Shown in pieces: positions 25,501-39,093 of a DNA stretch of 64,000 nucleotides; positions within the stretch are counted from its first letter, which is position 1, and each line of letters begins with the position of its first letter. Source of the stretch: Malacoraja senta. Its lineage: Eukaryota. Both the position numbers and the translations under genes were made by a program. The stretch is taken from NCBI GenBank assembly GCA_038087875.1, contig CM075992.1, forward strand, positions 3,102,001-3,166,000, read 5' to 3'. The notes under the pieces were generated by a model, which had not been told where the DNA came from, searched no databases, and worked only from the letters and a program-made list of their open reading frames with translations.

Positions 25501-27714
25501 CTCTCCCACAAGTGGAAACATCCTCTTCGCATTCACGCTATCCAGAGGTTCTGATTGCCTACAATATCTTAATTTGATACACCTCTATCAAGTCTCCCCT
25601 CAACTTCGGACGTTCCAGACGAAACAATCCAAGTCTGTCCAACCTCTCCCCATAGCTGAAACCCTCCAATCCAGGCAGCATTCAGGTAGCCCTCCTCTAA
25701 AAAGAGGGACAATAGAAAGGACAAGGCCAAAAACGGTACCTGGATGGGACGCCGAAGGATGAGAAGCCGAAGGCAAGATGCCAAAAAGCCATGATGCCAA
25801 ATGGACATGAAGCCGAAATGATAAATAGATATGAAACATTTTTTAAAATCAATATTTTTAACCCAAACCCTAATCTTTCGGTTTCATGTCCGCTCGGCCT
25901 CAAGGCTTTTCGGCTTCATGTCCTTTCGGCATCTTGCCTTCAGCGTGCTGTCCCTACGCAGCCAAATACAATACAATTGAATAGGCTTACCTGCTTCCTA
26001 CCTGACAAAGTGGCTCACACTGAACCTTGTACATTAACTGATTGCATGCTGCATGGAATGCACTGGACTTTATTTGCACTCCGGTAAGTAGACCCAGTGG
26101 CTGTGATATCATTAAATCTCCATTCTTTTTGTCGTGGTCATTGTTTCCGTGTTGTGTGCTTTGACACATAGTGAAATCCACCAATGGGAAATGTATCTGC
26201 GAAAACGCCTAGCGGTAAACGGTGAGACGTTTCACCCACCGCTGCGATTTATCATTGTTATTAACCGAAAGACTCTGCTGTTTATGGGCATCTGGGACAT
26301 AAAGTCTGAAACATGGGCGCAGGTCTTTTCAGAGTAACCTTTGAAGATACCGAGTGTTTAGAACGATTTTCTTCTGCGCGCCAAAGTCAGTGCCCAAATA
26401 GTTGCCCATTTTAAAAGTGACAATGATGGATTTTCGTCAGAAGTAAAGCTCCGATGATCCAGCACCCTTGAGATTTACGAAGGTGCAGATTGTCCGGACT
26501 TCTAGCGATACCCGAACACATTTTTCATGCACTTTTTCAATGTTATTGCAACGGTATAATAAGTTTTCCGGTGAGTTTAAAGGGAGCGCGCTGGTGAGTT
26601 TCAAAAGGGGTTCGTGAAACAGCACAGGGTGTGATAAATGTTGGGCATTAGGATTTCTGAACAATAGGATAGCAGATGATTAGAGCTTTGCTCCATTTAG
26701 GAGAGGGGTTGTGTTAGTCAGAGATGAGCCATAACCATGCTGAACGGTGGGATAGACTTCATACGTTCATGTGATAGGAGCAGAATTAGGCCATTCGGCC
26801 CATCAAGTCTACTCCACCATTTCTTTAGCCAGAGGGTGGTGAATCTGTGGAATCTGTGGAGGCCATCATTGGGTATTTTTACAGTAGAGAATGATAAATC
26901 ATGGTTGATCTATCTCTCCCTCTCAACCCCATTCTCCTGCCTTCTCCCCACAACCCCTGACACCCGTACTGATCAAGAATCTATCTATCTCTGCCTTAAA
27001 TATATCCATTGACGTGACCTCCACGGCCTTCTGTGGATTTGTGTCTCCACCTGCTCATGGGTTTCTACATTTTTTCACCCCTCTCCTCTCCCACCACAAG
27101 ATCAGGTCGATTAGAATTTTCCTTTTCTTGCAGTTTGAGCATTTGGATTTGGGCCATTCAGGCAGCGAGTCTACTTCAATCTGAAATAAAATCATGACCA
27201 GCCATGTGGCTAATAGATTTTCCAACATCCTTATCAAATCCCTTGATATCCCCAAAAAATTGGCCATGAACATTGTCAACCAGCGATTGTGGGCCCAATA
27301 TCTGAGGAGAAATACGCTCACAGTGCCAGGGTCCCGGGATCGATCCTGACCCTTTTGTGCTGTCTTTGTGGAGTTTTCACATTCTCCCTGTGACCATATG
27401 GGTTACTTCTTGGTGCTCCAGTTTCCTCCCACATCCCAAGGACAAGTCATTGGGTACTTTTAAAGTAGAGATTGAATTGAATTGGCCCTCTGCAAAATTG
27501 CCCCGAGTGTGCAGGGAGTGGATGAGAAAGCGGGATAACATAGAACTAGTGTGAACGGGTGATGGGTGGTCAGCATGGACTCAGTGGGCCAAAGGGCCTG
27601 TATCCATGATGTATATCTCTTAAACTAATATAGCTTCTAGCCTTGTTGCAGACAGTATCTTCAGGACTTCCACATGAAACTGTACTTGTGGTAGTCCCGA
27701 AGCCACTGTCAGCA

Positions 27715-28257
27715 GGAGTAGGCCATTTGGCCCTCCGAGCCAGCACCGCCATTCAATGTGATCATGGCTGATCATCCCCAATCAGTACCCCGTTCCTGCC
27801 TTCTCCCCATATCCCCTGACTCCGCTATTTTTAAGAGCCCTATCTAGCTCTCTCTTGAAAGCATCCAGAGAACCTGCCTCCACCGCCCTCTGAGGCAGAG
27901 AATTCCACAGACTCACCACTCTCTGTGAGAAAATGTGTTTCCTCCGTTCTAAATGGCTTACCCCTTATTCTTAAACTGTGGCCCCTGGTTCTGGACTCCC
28001 CCAACATCGGGAACGTGTTTCTTGCCTCTAGCGTGTCCAAGCCCTTAACAATCTTATATGTTTCAATGAGATACCCGCTCATCCTTCTAAACTCCAGAGT
28101 GTACAAGCCCAGCCGCTCCATTCTCTCAGCATATGACAGTCCCGCCATCCCGGGAATTAACCTTGTAAACCTACGCTGCACTCCCTCAAAAGCAAGAATG
28201 TCCTTCCTCAAATTAAGGGGACCAAAACTGCACACAATACTCCAGGTGTGGTCTCAC
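27715..28257 (-). mobile_element. CR1 (HER1-like) LINE 3' fragment; similar copies at about 9955-10320, 21440-21800, 29672-30107, 30288-30870, 40793-41450, 48355-48765, 52758-53205, 56490-57250 and 58045-58560
   Basis: [42 protein letters not shown]; shared 3' UTR GATCAGCCATGATCACATTGAATGGCGGTGCTGGCTCGAAGGGCC. Confidence 0.9.
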
Positions 28258-28480
28258 AGCTATAGAGGTGAATGTTGGTCGGTTCATCGTCACCTATGCA
28301 GGAATAGTCACCAGAGTCCAGGAGAAAGCTGGGCAGTGAGGTTGAGCATTGTAATCCAACGGGCCTACTTGTAGAGTTGTGATGGGTAGGAAAGGCTTGG
28401 TTAACTATGGGGCAATGACTATGGGGGCAGGCGGGGTCCACCACCAGAGGACAACCTGATAACATCTGGTTTATTTTCAG

Positions 28481-29371
28481 GAAGGAACAGCAGAAGAACC
28501 AGAAGCTGGGGAAGACAGTGTGGGAGCAGAGGATGAACGAGATGAGGAAGCAGAACCTGATGACCAGCCGGGAGGCCATTTACAACGAGCTGGACCCAGA
28601 CGAGAAGTGGAAGATGACTTACTCCATGAACATCCGCCGGGACATGAAGACCCACATGGACCGGCCCCTGGTGGTCGACCCTCAGGAGAACAGGAACAAC
28701 AACACCAACAAGACCAGGTCGGCCGAGCCCACGGTGGACCAGCGTAGCAGCCAGCAGAGGGCCGACGAGTTCCTGAGGAAGCAGGCTCGTTACCACGACC
28801 CCAACAAAGACAGGACCCTGGAGAGGGAGGTGGGGACGGTGGAGTCGGGCGAGAGGGCGAGGAGGTACCGCAGCAACAGCAAGGAAGGGGAGTCCAACCG
28901 GGACGGCGCCCCCAGGGACCTGGAGTACCGAGGGAGGGAGCAGGAGGGGAACCAAGAGAGGGGGGTGAGGGAGGGAGAGGGCGAGAGGAACCAGGCCAGC
29001 GAGCCCCAGCATCGGCGGCACCAGCACAGGCCGGGCGGCAGCGGCAAGGAAGGGAGGAGCGCCGGCGGTGGCGGCGGCACGGCCAGGGGCGAGGGTGACC
29101 GGGAGCGGCGGCACAAGGGGCACAGGCGCGGCGCCGAGACGCACGAAGGGGGCGGCGCCACGGAGGAGGGCGGCAAAGGGGAGAGGCGCTCGAAGCACAG
29201 GGAGGGCAGCCGGGGCGGCAAGGCGGGCGGGGCCGGGGACGGCGAGCACCCCGAGGGGGCGGAGAGGAGACGGAGGACCCGTCACCCGCAGTCCACCAAC
29301 GACAACGATGCCAAGAAGGAGAGGGAGGACCGGGATCCAGCAGCGAAGGAGAGGAGGCACAAACGCAAGAA
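28481..29371 (+). CDS. CACNA1A: Cav2.1 exon 19 equivalent (II-III loop, synprint region)
   Basis: tttcag|G AAG GAA CAG...AAG AA|gtacgt; 891 nt, phase 2-2; [53 protein letters not shown] are diagnostic of Cav2.1. Confidence 0.95.
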
Positions 29372-29574
29372 GTACGTAATTTGTGAAACTCATTCACTTC
29401 AAACTCATGTGTGGTTGCATTTGAGAACGCATGTTGGGTTAGAAATTCACTGGGCTAAAACGTACCGAACGGCGGACCAGCGTAGCCAGCCAGCAGAGGT
29501 CCGAGGAGTTCCTGAGGAAGCAGGCTCGTTACCACGACCCCAAAGGCTAACTTGACTGACTCACAAAGTACCAG

Positions 29575-29667
29575 TCAACTCCCATTCCCTTTCCCACACT
29601 GACCTTTCAGTCCTGGGCCTCCTCCATTGCCAGAGTGGGGCCACACACAAACTGGAGGAACAGCTCC
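29575..29667 (+). mobile_element. Penelope-like GIY-YIG fragment
   Basis: SHTDLSVLGLLHCQSGATHKLEEQL, same family as 42591-43098. Confidence 0.65.
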
Positions 29668-31770
29668 TTGACATAGAAACATAGAAACATAGAAAATAGG
29701 TGCAGGATTAGGCCATTCGGCCCTTCGAGCCTGCACCGCCATTCAATATGATCATGGCTGATCATCCATCTCAGTATCCTGTACCTGCCTTCTCTCCATA
29801 CCCCACTGATCCCTTTAGCCACAAGGGCAACATCTAACTCCCTCTTAAATATAGCCAATGAACTGACTGGCATCAACTACCTTCTGTGGCAGAGAATTCC
29901 ACAGATTTACCACTCTCTGTGTGAAAAAATAAATTCTCATCTCGGTCTGAAAAGACTTCCCCCTTATCCTTAAACTGTGGACCCTTGGCCTGGACTTCCC
30001 CAACATCGGGAACAATCTTCCTGCATCTAGCCTGTCCAACCCCTTAAGAATTTTGTACGTTTCTATAAGATCCCCCCTCAATCTTCTAAATTCCAGCGAG
30101 TACAAGCTGCTTTAGAGCGGCACAGTGGCGCAGCGGCAGAGTGGATGCCTCACAGCAAACTCCGTACAGACAGCCCCCGTTGTCAGGATCGAACCTGGGT
30201 TACTGGCAACGTAAGGCAGCAACTCTACCGCTGTGCCACTTATTTTCACGTGTACCAAGCAAGGTACAGTGAAATTCCTTTCTTAGCATAGAAACATAGA
30301 AAATAGGTGCAGGAGGAGGCCATTCGGCCCTTCGAGCCAGCACCGCCATTCATTGTGATCATGGCCGATCGTCCCCAATCAATAACCCGTGCCTGCCTTC
30401 TCCCCATATCCCTTGATTCCACCATCCCCCAGAGCTCTATCTAACTCTCTCTTAAATCCATCCAGTGATTTGACCTCCACTGCCCTCTGTGGCAGGGAAT
30501 TCCACAAATTCACAACTCTCTGGGTGAAAACGTTTTTTTCTCACCTCAGTCTTAAATGGCCTCCCCTTTATTCTAAGACTGTGGCCCCTGGTTCTGGAAT
30601 CGCCCAACATTGGGGAAAAAAATTCCTGCATCTAGCTTGTCCAGTCCTTTTATCATTTTATATGTTGCTATAAGATTCCCTCTCATCCTTCTAAACTCCA
30701 GTGAATACGAGCCTAGACTTTTTACAATCTTTCCTTATATGACAGTCCCGCCATCCCAGGGATCAATCTCGTGAACCTACGCTGCACTGCCTCCATCACA
30801 AGGATGTCCTTCCTCAAATTAGGAGACCAAAACTGTACGCAATACTCCAGATGTGGTCTTACCAGAGCCGCAGAAGAACCTTGGATTCTTGCATTCAGTT
30901 CAATAATATTCTTACCGTACATAAGCACAATCATACTTACGTACAAGAATGTAAGAATAGTAGATGAAGCTCGGGTCTCTAGCGCAGTGAGGCAGCGACT
31001 CTACCAGTTGTGCCACTCTGCCGCCCTTTGTTCAATTGAGTGTTTCTTCCTACTGAACTTACTTTTGTTGGTGTAAATGATTATGTTACACAGGTCTGGA
31101 GTTTAAAGCCATCTTTAATTGTAACACATTGTAACACAGGTTGTTAGTTGTTAATTCATCATCACTGCTTCCAAGACTACTTAACGCAGGAAGTGGGTGT
31201 TAATATAAAGGACACAGTAAGGTGGGGTTAGTGATGCTGCACTACTATGATTGGTACACATGCAATAACCAATCTACAGTTGGTTATATTTTGCGAGATT
31301 CTATGTCTATGACTCCAGTAAAACATCCTTGAATCTTGAGTTTAAGAAGGAACTGCAGATGCTGGAAAATCGAAGGTAGACAAAAGTGCTGGAGAAACTC
31401 AGCGGGTTGCAGCAGCATCTATGTAGCGAAGGAAATAGGCAACGTTTCGGGTCGAATCCCAAAGGAAATAGGCAACGTTTTGGGTCGAATCCCAAAGGAA
31501 ATAGGCAACGTTTTGGGTCGAATCCCAAAGGAAATAGGTAACGTTTTGGGTCGAAACCCGAAGGGTTTCGGGCCGAAACGTTGCCTATTTCCTTCGCTCC
31601 ATAGATGCTGCTGCACCCGCTGAGTTTCTCCAGCACTTTTGTCTATCCTTGAACCGGGTGAATGAAGATCCAGCCTTCTGTTGCTATTGGGATCAGCGTG
31701 AGGGTTTGTGGGCAAACTCTTCATGACGTGTTTTGCTTAATGCTTCACTGTTCTGTTTTTGCTGTCACAG

Positions 31771-32234
31771 GGAGAGCCAGGGGACGGCTGCCCCTGCACC
31801 GGGCGGCCCGGCCTTGTCCACCACGCGGCCGGTACAGCAGGACATCAGCAGGCAGAACGGCCAGCACGCCGAGGACATGGACAACCTCCGCAACACCAAG
31901 CTGGCGACGCAACCCGCCAATCCCCGGAACGCCGGCAATCCCAGGGACACGGCCAACCCGGCCAACCCATCCAACCCCTCCTCCGGTCCCCACAACCCCG
32001 GCAAAATGGCGAACCACGCCAATCCCCCCAACCCCGGTGGCAACCCCGCCAACCCCCTCAACACCGCCAACCGCAAGGCTCCCACCACCAACCCCGGCAA
32101 CACCGGCAACCCCAAGAACCCAGAGAATAACCTCATCATGACCAACCCGGGCAACCCTAACAACCTAGCCAAACCAGTCCAGAAACCTGATCACACCACA
32201 GTGACCATCCCCTTCGCAGACCCCACTCTGCAAG
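31771..32234 (+). CDS. CACNA1A: Cav2.1 exon 20 equivalent (II-III loop, Asn-Pro rich)
   Basis: tcacag|G GAG AGC...CAA G|gtaaga; 464 nt; ESQG..LSTTRPVQQD..EDMDNLRNTKLAT..KPDHTTVTIP. Confidence 0.94.
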
Positions 32235-33432
32235 GTAAGACTGTTGGTGCTGGGATAGCATAGGGGGATCAATAGACAATAGGTGCAGGAGTAGCCATTT
32301 GGCAGAAAGGCTTGGATAGAGTGGATGTGGGGAGGATGTTTCCACTAATGAGAGAGTCTAGGACCAGAGGGCACAGCCTCACAATTAAAGGACGTTCCTT
32401 TAGGAAGGAGATGAGGAGGAATTTCTTTAGTCAGAGGGAATCTTTGGAATTCGTTGCCACAGACGGCTGTGGAGGCCCAAGCCAGTGGATATTTTTAAGG
32501 AGAGAAGGAATGCGTGACGTTTCGGGTCGAGACCTTTCTTCAGTCTGAAGAATCACGGCTGATCTGTCTCTCCCTCTCAACCCCATTTTCCTGCCTTCTC
32601 CCCATAACCCCTGACACCCGCACTAATCAAGAATCTATCAATCAATGCCTTAAAAATATCTATGTACAGGAAGGAACTGCAAAGGATGCTGGTTTAAACC
32701 AAACAGAAAGCTGGAGTAACTCAGCGGGACAGGCAGCATCTCTGGAGAGAAGGAATGGATGACGTTTTGGGTCGAGACCCTTCTTCAGACTGAAATGTCG
32801 CCCATTCCTTCTTTCCAGAGATGCTGCCTCACCCGCTGAGTTACTCCAGGATGTCTACCTTCGATTTAAACCAGCATCCACAGTTCTTATTTACACACGT
32901 ATGGGAAGCATGGACAAATAGAGACAGGGGGGAGAAGATCAAGTCAATGGATATTTTTAAAGAGAAATGCTTTCAAGAGAGAGCTAGATAGAGCTCTTAA
33001 AAATAGCGGAGTCAGGGGATATGGGGAGAAGGCAGGAACGGGGTACTGATTGGGGATGATCAGCCATGATCACATTGAATGGCGGTGCTGGCTCGAAGGG
33101 CCGAATGGCCTATCCTGCACCTATTGTCCATTGTCTAAAGCAGAGATAGACAGATTCTTGACTAGTACGGGTGTGGGGAGAAGGCGGGAGAATGGGGCTG
33201 AGAGGGAGAGATAGAATGGCGAAGTAGACTTGATGGGCCGAATGGCCTAATTCTGCTCCTATCTCTTACGAACTGAGGGGGAGACAGAGGTTGGGAGATG
33301 ATGAGGGATGAAGGAACCATTTAAGGGAGAGATGATAGGCAGGTGGACGAGGGGGGTAGGGTGGGTGGGGAAACCTATAAGGATGGATGTGTCGATACCG
33401 ATCATGGAGCTCCTTCTGTTTTGTCTCCCCAG

Positions 33433-33577
33433 TCAACAAAAATGCAAACACGGATGCCGTGCCCAAAAAAGTAGAAGAGAAGAAAGAGGAGGAGGATGAT
33501 GAGAAAGGTGACGGGGATGATGGTCCGAAGCCAATGCCGCCCTACAGCTCCATGTTCATCCTGAGCACCACCAACCC
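33433..33577 (+). CDS. CACNA1A: Cav2.1 exon 21 equivalent
   Basis: ccccag|TC AAC...AAC CC|gtaggt; 145 nt; [49 protein letters not shown]. Confidence 0.96.
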
Positions 33578-34179
33578 GTAGGTCACCTGCGCGTCTGTCT
33601 GGTCTAACGCTGCCCAACCGTGTCACCCTGCTTCAGTGAGCTAGCTTAACCACTGTGTTTGAGTAAAAGTTCACAAGTTCGATACGATACAACTTTATTG
33701 ATCCCAGGGGGGAAATTGATCTGCCAACAGTCATATAAACACAAAAACACAAAATAACATGAAACCATGTTCTTGAGTCATAGGAGCAGAATTTGGTAAT
33801 TCGGCCCATTGAGTCTACTCCGCCATTCAATCATGGCTAGTTTATCTTTCCTTCCCGACCCCATTCTCCTGCCTTCTCCCCGTGACCATTGAAAGGAATT
33901 TGGCGTCTCGATCAGAAAATTCAAAACCAAGGTTCCTCTTTCTCATTAATCTCATTGATTCTCATGCGGCTCACCGAGTCCTCGTCGACCATCGATCTCC
34001 CGCTCCAACTCGTTCCACCCGATCTCACTTCTGCACCCACTCCCCACACACTGAAGGGCAATTTACAGAGGGCCAATTAACCGACAAACCCGCATGTCTT
34101 TGGGACGTGGGAGGAAACCGGAGCACCAGGAGGAAACCCACAGGTTCCTAGGGAGAAGGTGTAGACTCCATACAGACTG

Positions 34180-35400
34180 TAATACCACAATATAATACTA
34201 TAGTAATATAATAATACCACAACACTATAACTACTATAATACTATAGTAGTTATGTAATATGTGCTAACACTATTACACTGTAAATACTTTAATACTCTA
34301 TAATACTATAGTGATATTTAATATATAATATATAATACTATAGCAGTCTATAATATGTACTAACACCATAACACTATAAATACCTCAATACTCTATAATA
34401 CTATAGTAATAAGCATGACTTTTCAAGTCTCGTTTATTTTTTATGTGGTGCTGTAAAGGAGCTTCTGTGATGCAAAACAAATTTCAGACTTTCTAACAAT
34501 AAAGTAATATCGTATCGTAGATGTAATATATTACCCTATAATACTATAATATTGTAGTATGTAATATGTTATAATACCATAATGCTATAAATTAATACTC
34601 AATAATACTATAGTAATATAATGTATAACACCATAATACTATAATTCCATAGTAGTATCTAATAATACCATAACACTATAAATACTTTAATACTCAATAA
34701 TATTATAGTAATATATAACACTATAATACTATAAATCCATAGTAATATATAATAGTACCATAACTATTAATACTTTAGTAATAATAGTATAGTAATATAT
34801 AACACTATAATACTATAAATCCATAGTAATATATAACAGTACCATAACACTATAAATACTTTAATACTCAATAAAATTATAGTAATATATAACACTATAA
34901 TACTATAAATTCATAGTAATATATAATAGTACCATAACTATTAATACTTTAGTAATAATAGTATAGTAATGACAATAAAGGAATCTAAGTCTAAGTGTCA
35001 TAGTAATATATAACACTATAATACTATAAATCCATAGTAATATATAATAGTACCATAACTATTAATACTTTAGTAATAATAGTATAGTAATATATTATAC
35101 ACTATAATACTATAAATCCATAGTAATATATAATAGTACCATAACTATTAATACTTTAGTAATAATAGTATAGTAATATATAACACTATAATTCCATAGT
35201 AATATATAATAGTACCATAACACTATAACTTTAATACTCAATAATACTATAGTAATATATAACACTATAATGCTATAATTCCATGGTAATATATAATAAT
35301 ACCATAACTATTAATAGTTTAATACTCTATAAGTATGTACTAGAGTATGAGTGCTGTAACTCTGGGCTATAACACTAGGCAGTATATAACACTGGGCTAT
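34180..35400. repeat. AT-rich satellite with a period of about 85 bp in its central part
   Basis: AAAT(C/T)CATAGTAATATATAA recurs at 34733, 34817, 34907, 35028 and 35114. Confidence 0.9.
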
Positions 35401-35746
35401 AACACATGTCATGGACTGGGAGGTTGTTGGGCTGGCTACCACTCTGGTTAATGTCACTGTTGCAGTAAACCTCCTTTTTGTTTTATTATCAAAAATAATT
35501 TATTCGATTACTATACAAACAATACTTACAAACAAAACCGTGTTAACACGCCCACCACCATAGTATAAAATCACCAAATTATCTACGACACTAAATTTTC
35601 AAATAACTATAATACAATCCGTATTGAGGACACATTCCACCCCCCGCGGTGCCCAGCGGTCCCGGAAATCCCCCATGGCGCCCGTGGACAGCGCGTAGTC
35701 CCTCTCTGGTACAGTAAACCACCTTGCTGTGCAATGTTCCCGACAG

Positions 35747-35876
35747 ACTGCGCAGAGCCTGCCACTACATCGTGACCCTCCGCTACTTCGAGATGTGCAT
35801 CCTCATGGTCATCGCGATGAGCAGCATTACACTGGCCGCTGAAGATCCCGTCCAACCCAACGCCACCAGGAACAAC
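35747..35876 (+). CDS. CACNA1A: Cav2.1 exon 22 equivalent (IIIS1)
   Basis: cgacag|A CTG...AAC AAC|gtgagc; 130 nt; [43 protein letters not shown]. Confidence 0.96.
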
Positions 35877-37209
35877 GTGAGCGCACGGCTTTGCCAGAAA
35901 ACATTCTGTTGTAATTCTGAGACAGAGAAAGAGTCCTGTTTGTAATTGGGTGGGGGAGGGAGTGAGGAGGGGGGGCGTTAATGGCAGGAAAACTATCTTT
36001 CCAGTATTAGGCAAGAACTGCTGCTTTGTGATAATTGGAATTAACAATTTTGTATTAAAATCAGCTCTTGAAAGAGCATTTGGATCTTAGACCCTCAGAT
36101 TCAATAGTAAGTTTGCTGATTATTTCCTTACTCACACAACAAAATGGCGGCACAGAAACAAAATGGCTGACTTCTACTTCAATGTCACTGGTCAGTGACT
36201 CCATGCAGCTGTAGGTCGCTAAGGTGTGGGGTGTAGTTTGGCCCAAACTCATAGATTGGGATGGGGTTAGGGATGAAAACTCTCCTCTGCTCCACAAGTA
36301 GATCATTTTATCATCAATTCAACTCACAAATAGTGAAGATTCAGAGCACAAAATGGGTCCTAATGTTAGCACGAGCCCAGGCGTGAGGTTGGCTGGTTTA
36401 ACAGCGCCTTTTGTAGAAGAAAGGATAACATGGAGAGAATTAAGCAAAGTACATAAACCAATAGAGGCTTTGGTCAAGTGGAGAGGATAAAGTTATCTCC
36501 CTGGACACTAATTGGATAAGAAGAAAGATGAAAATATTTTCCTTTATTTGGGAGTCAGGAACTTCCTCGAAGGTGCAATATTAATGGAAGTAATTGCTGC
36601 AAAGATCCATTAAGATAGACGCAAAATGCTGGAGTAACTCATCGGGACAGGCAGCGTCTCTGGAGAGAAGGAATGGGTGACGTGTGTCGGGTCGAGACCC
36701 TTCATCAGACCCTTATACCCTTAAAGATACCCTTATTAGCTTTGAGGTTAGAATGCGAGCAACTAAGCGAGAGGCAAAAAAACCCTGTTTTTTATGGTCA
36801 CAGGCTAAATGAAACACAAACTTTACGGGTCTCAGTCATTATCAGCAACTGCTAATCGTTTAATTAGATGTTAGGTTGTGTGAAACGTGGTCTATTCCAG
36901 GAGGCAGTCACAATCCTGCAGATAAAATGTGTAGGAAAGAACCGCAGATGTTAGTTTAAATCAAAGATAGACACAAAAAAGCTGGCGTAACTCCGCGGGA
37001 CAGGCAGCATCTCTGGAGAGGAATGGGTGACCTTTCGGGTCAAGACCCTTCTTCAGGCTGCAGATGTTGCCTCGGGTGTGAAAACATGTTTGCTTGTACT
37101 TCCAATTAAAATCTGTCAGAGCTGATGATATATTTTTAATTTAATTAATGACGCCACCACGTCAGGCAGCGTGGTTTTTACTCAACATTTTTATTCCTTC
37201 TTTTCACAG

Positions 37210-37269
37210 GTTTTGAGATACTTTGACTATGTATTCACAGGAGTCTTTACCTTTGAGATGGTTATTAAG
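37210..37269 (+). CDS. CACNA1A: Cav2.1 exon 23 equivalent (IIIS2)
   Basis: tcacag|GTT...AAG|gtgagt; 60 nt; [20 protein letters not shown]. Confidence 0.97.
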
Positions 37270-38585
37270 GTGAGTCAACCGATGCTGGAATTTTGAGCAA
37301 AACGCAAAATGCTGGAAGGACTCAATGGGTCAGGCAGCATCTGTCGAGGGAATGGATAGGTGACGTTTTGGGTCAGGAACCTTCCTCAGTTTCCATCTCA
37401 GAAGAAGGGCCCTGACCCAGAATGTTACTTATCCACTCCCTCCATTGATGCTGGCTGACCCACTGAGTTACTCCAGCACTTGTGATTTGCAGAAGTTAGA
37501 CACAAAGTGCTGGAGTAACTCAGCGGGTCAGGCAGCATCTCTGGAGAAGGAGGATGGGGGACATTTTGGGTCGGGAACACACTTGCGTATTGCATATCTG
37601 CAGCCAATTTTGTATCCTTTTCAGGATCTTCCAATGTATATTACATCAGTTGTAATGTGGGAGACACCACTGCCAAATTATCCCACAAACAGCAATAAAA
37701 TAATATATTTCTGGCTTTGTTGGAGGAAATATTATGCAGGAAACAGAGATTTCTCCCATGCTCATTGAAATAGTTCCCTTGGGATCTTTACATCCTCCTG
37801 GTAAAGATGATCAGGACACAAGGTACTTGAGTAACTCAGCGGGTCAGGCAGCATCTCTGGAGACATGGATAGATGATGTTAGACTCGAAACCATTCTTCA
37901 CACTTGATCCATGTTCTCCATGTGAGCGAGTTATACAGAAAATGAAACTCACCGGGACAACAGTGAATCTACACATCCTTTTCCTCATTATTGGTTGCTA
38001 AGGGGACTGGGTTTAGCTGTAATGTCCTTCAACAAGGAGTGCCTGCCAATTGTGGGCGGCCACAGTGGCTCAGTGTTAGAGTTGCTGCCTTACAACGTTT
38101 GCAGCGCCGATGACACAGGTTCGATCCTGACTACGGGTGCTGTCGGTACGGGGTTTGTACATTCTCTCTGTGACCGCCTGGGTTTTCTCCGAGATCTTTG
38201 GTTTCCTCCCACACCCCAAAGATATACAGTTATGTAGGGTAATTGGCTTGGTTTGTGTGTGTAAATTGTCACTAGTGTGTGTGGGATAGTGTTAGTGTGC
38301 GGGGATCGCTGGTCGGTGCGGACTCAGTGGGCCGAAGGGCCTGTTTCCGCGCTGTATCTCTACGCTAAACTAAACTGGCACAGGCTAGATATGCCAAGCC
38401 AACTGATTGGGGATGATCAGCCATGATCACATTGAATGGCGGTGCTGGCTCGAAGGGCCGAACGGCCTACTCCTGCACCTGTTGTCTATTATCACTATAA
38501 CCCACTGGCACTTGGCGTGAAAGGTGAGCAGCTAAGGAAAGTTGAAGTTTAGCCACATTGAATGAGTTTCTCTATCTCTGCATAG

Positions 38586-38693
<108 letters not shown>

Positions 38694-39093
38694 TAAGTTT
38701 CTTCCCGATCTCCCGTGCCTGTTTTGGAAGCGATTGCTGTCCAGGAATGGCGTTTGCAGTGTGTTTGGTCTCTCCTGATGAGGCACAGTGTGCGTTGCCT
38801 CTGCCTGTGTCTCTATGCCTGCAGAGGGAGGAGGGGGGATGCATGCCGACTGTACTTAGCAAACTTTTCACGTTTTAAGTTTTCATAAGTGTTCAGAGCC
38901 AGAACCAGTCGGGCCGGGGGCTGTAGGTGTCCCTGGTAGAGCTGCTGCCTTGCGTCACCAGAGACACAGGTCGGATCCTGACTACGGGCGCTGTCTGTGT
39001 GTGCACTTTGCACCTTCTCCCCGTGACCATGTGGGTTTCCTCCGGGTGCTCCGGTTTCCTCCCACGTCCCAAAGATGTGCGGGTTTTGTAGGT

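Noticed and set aside
28419..29397. Two antisense ORFs over 300 aa across exon 19
   Set aside because: Expected from the GC- and purine-rich exon composition; no independent gene signals.
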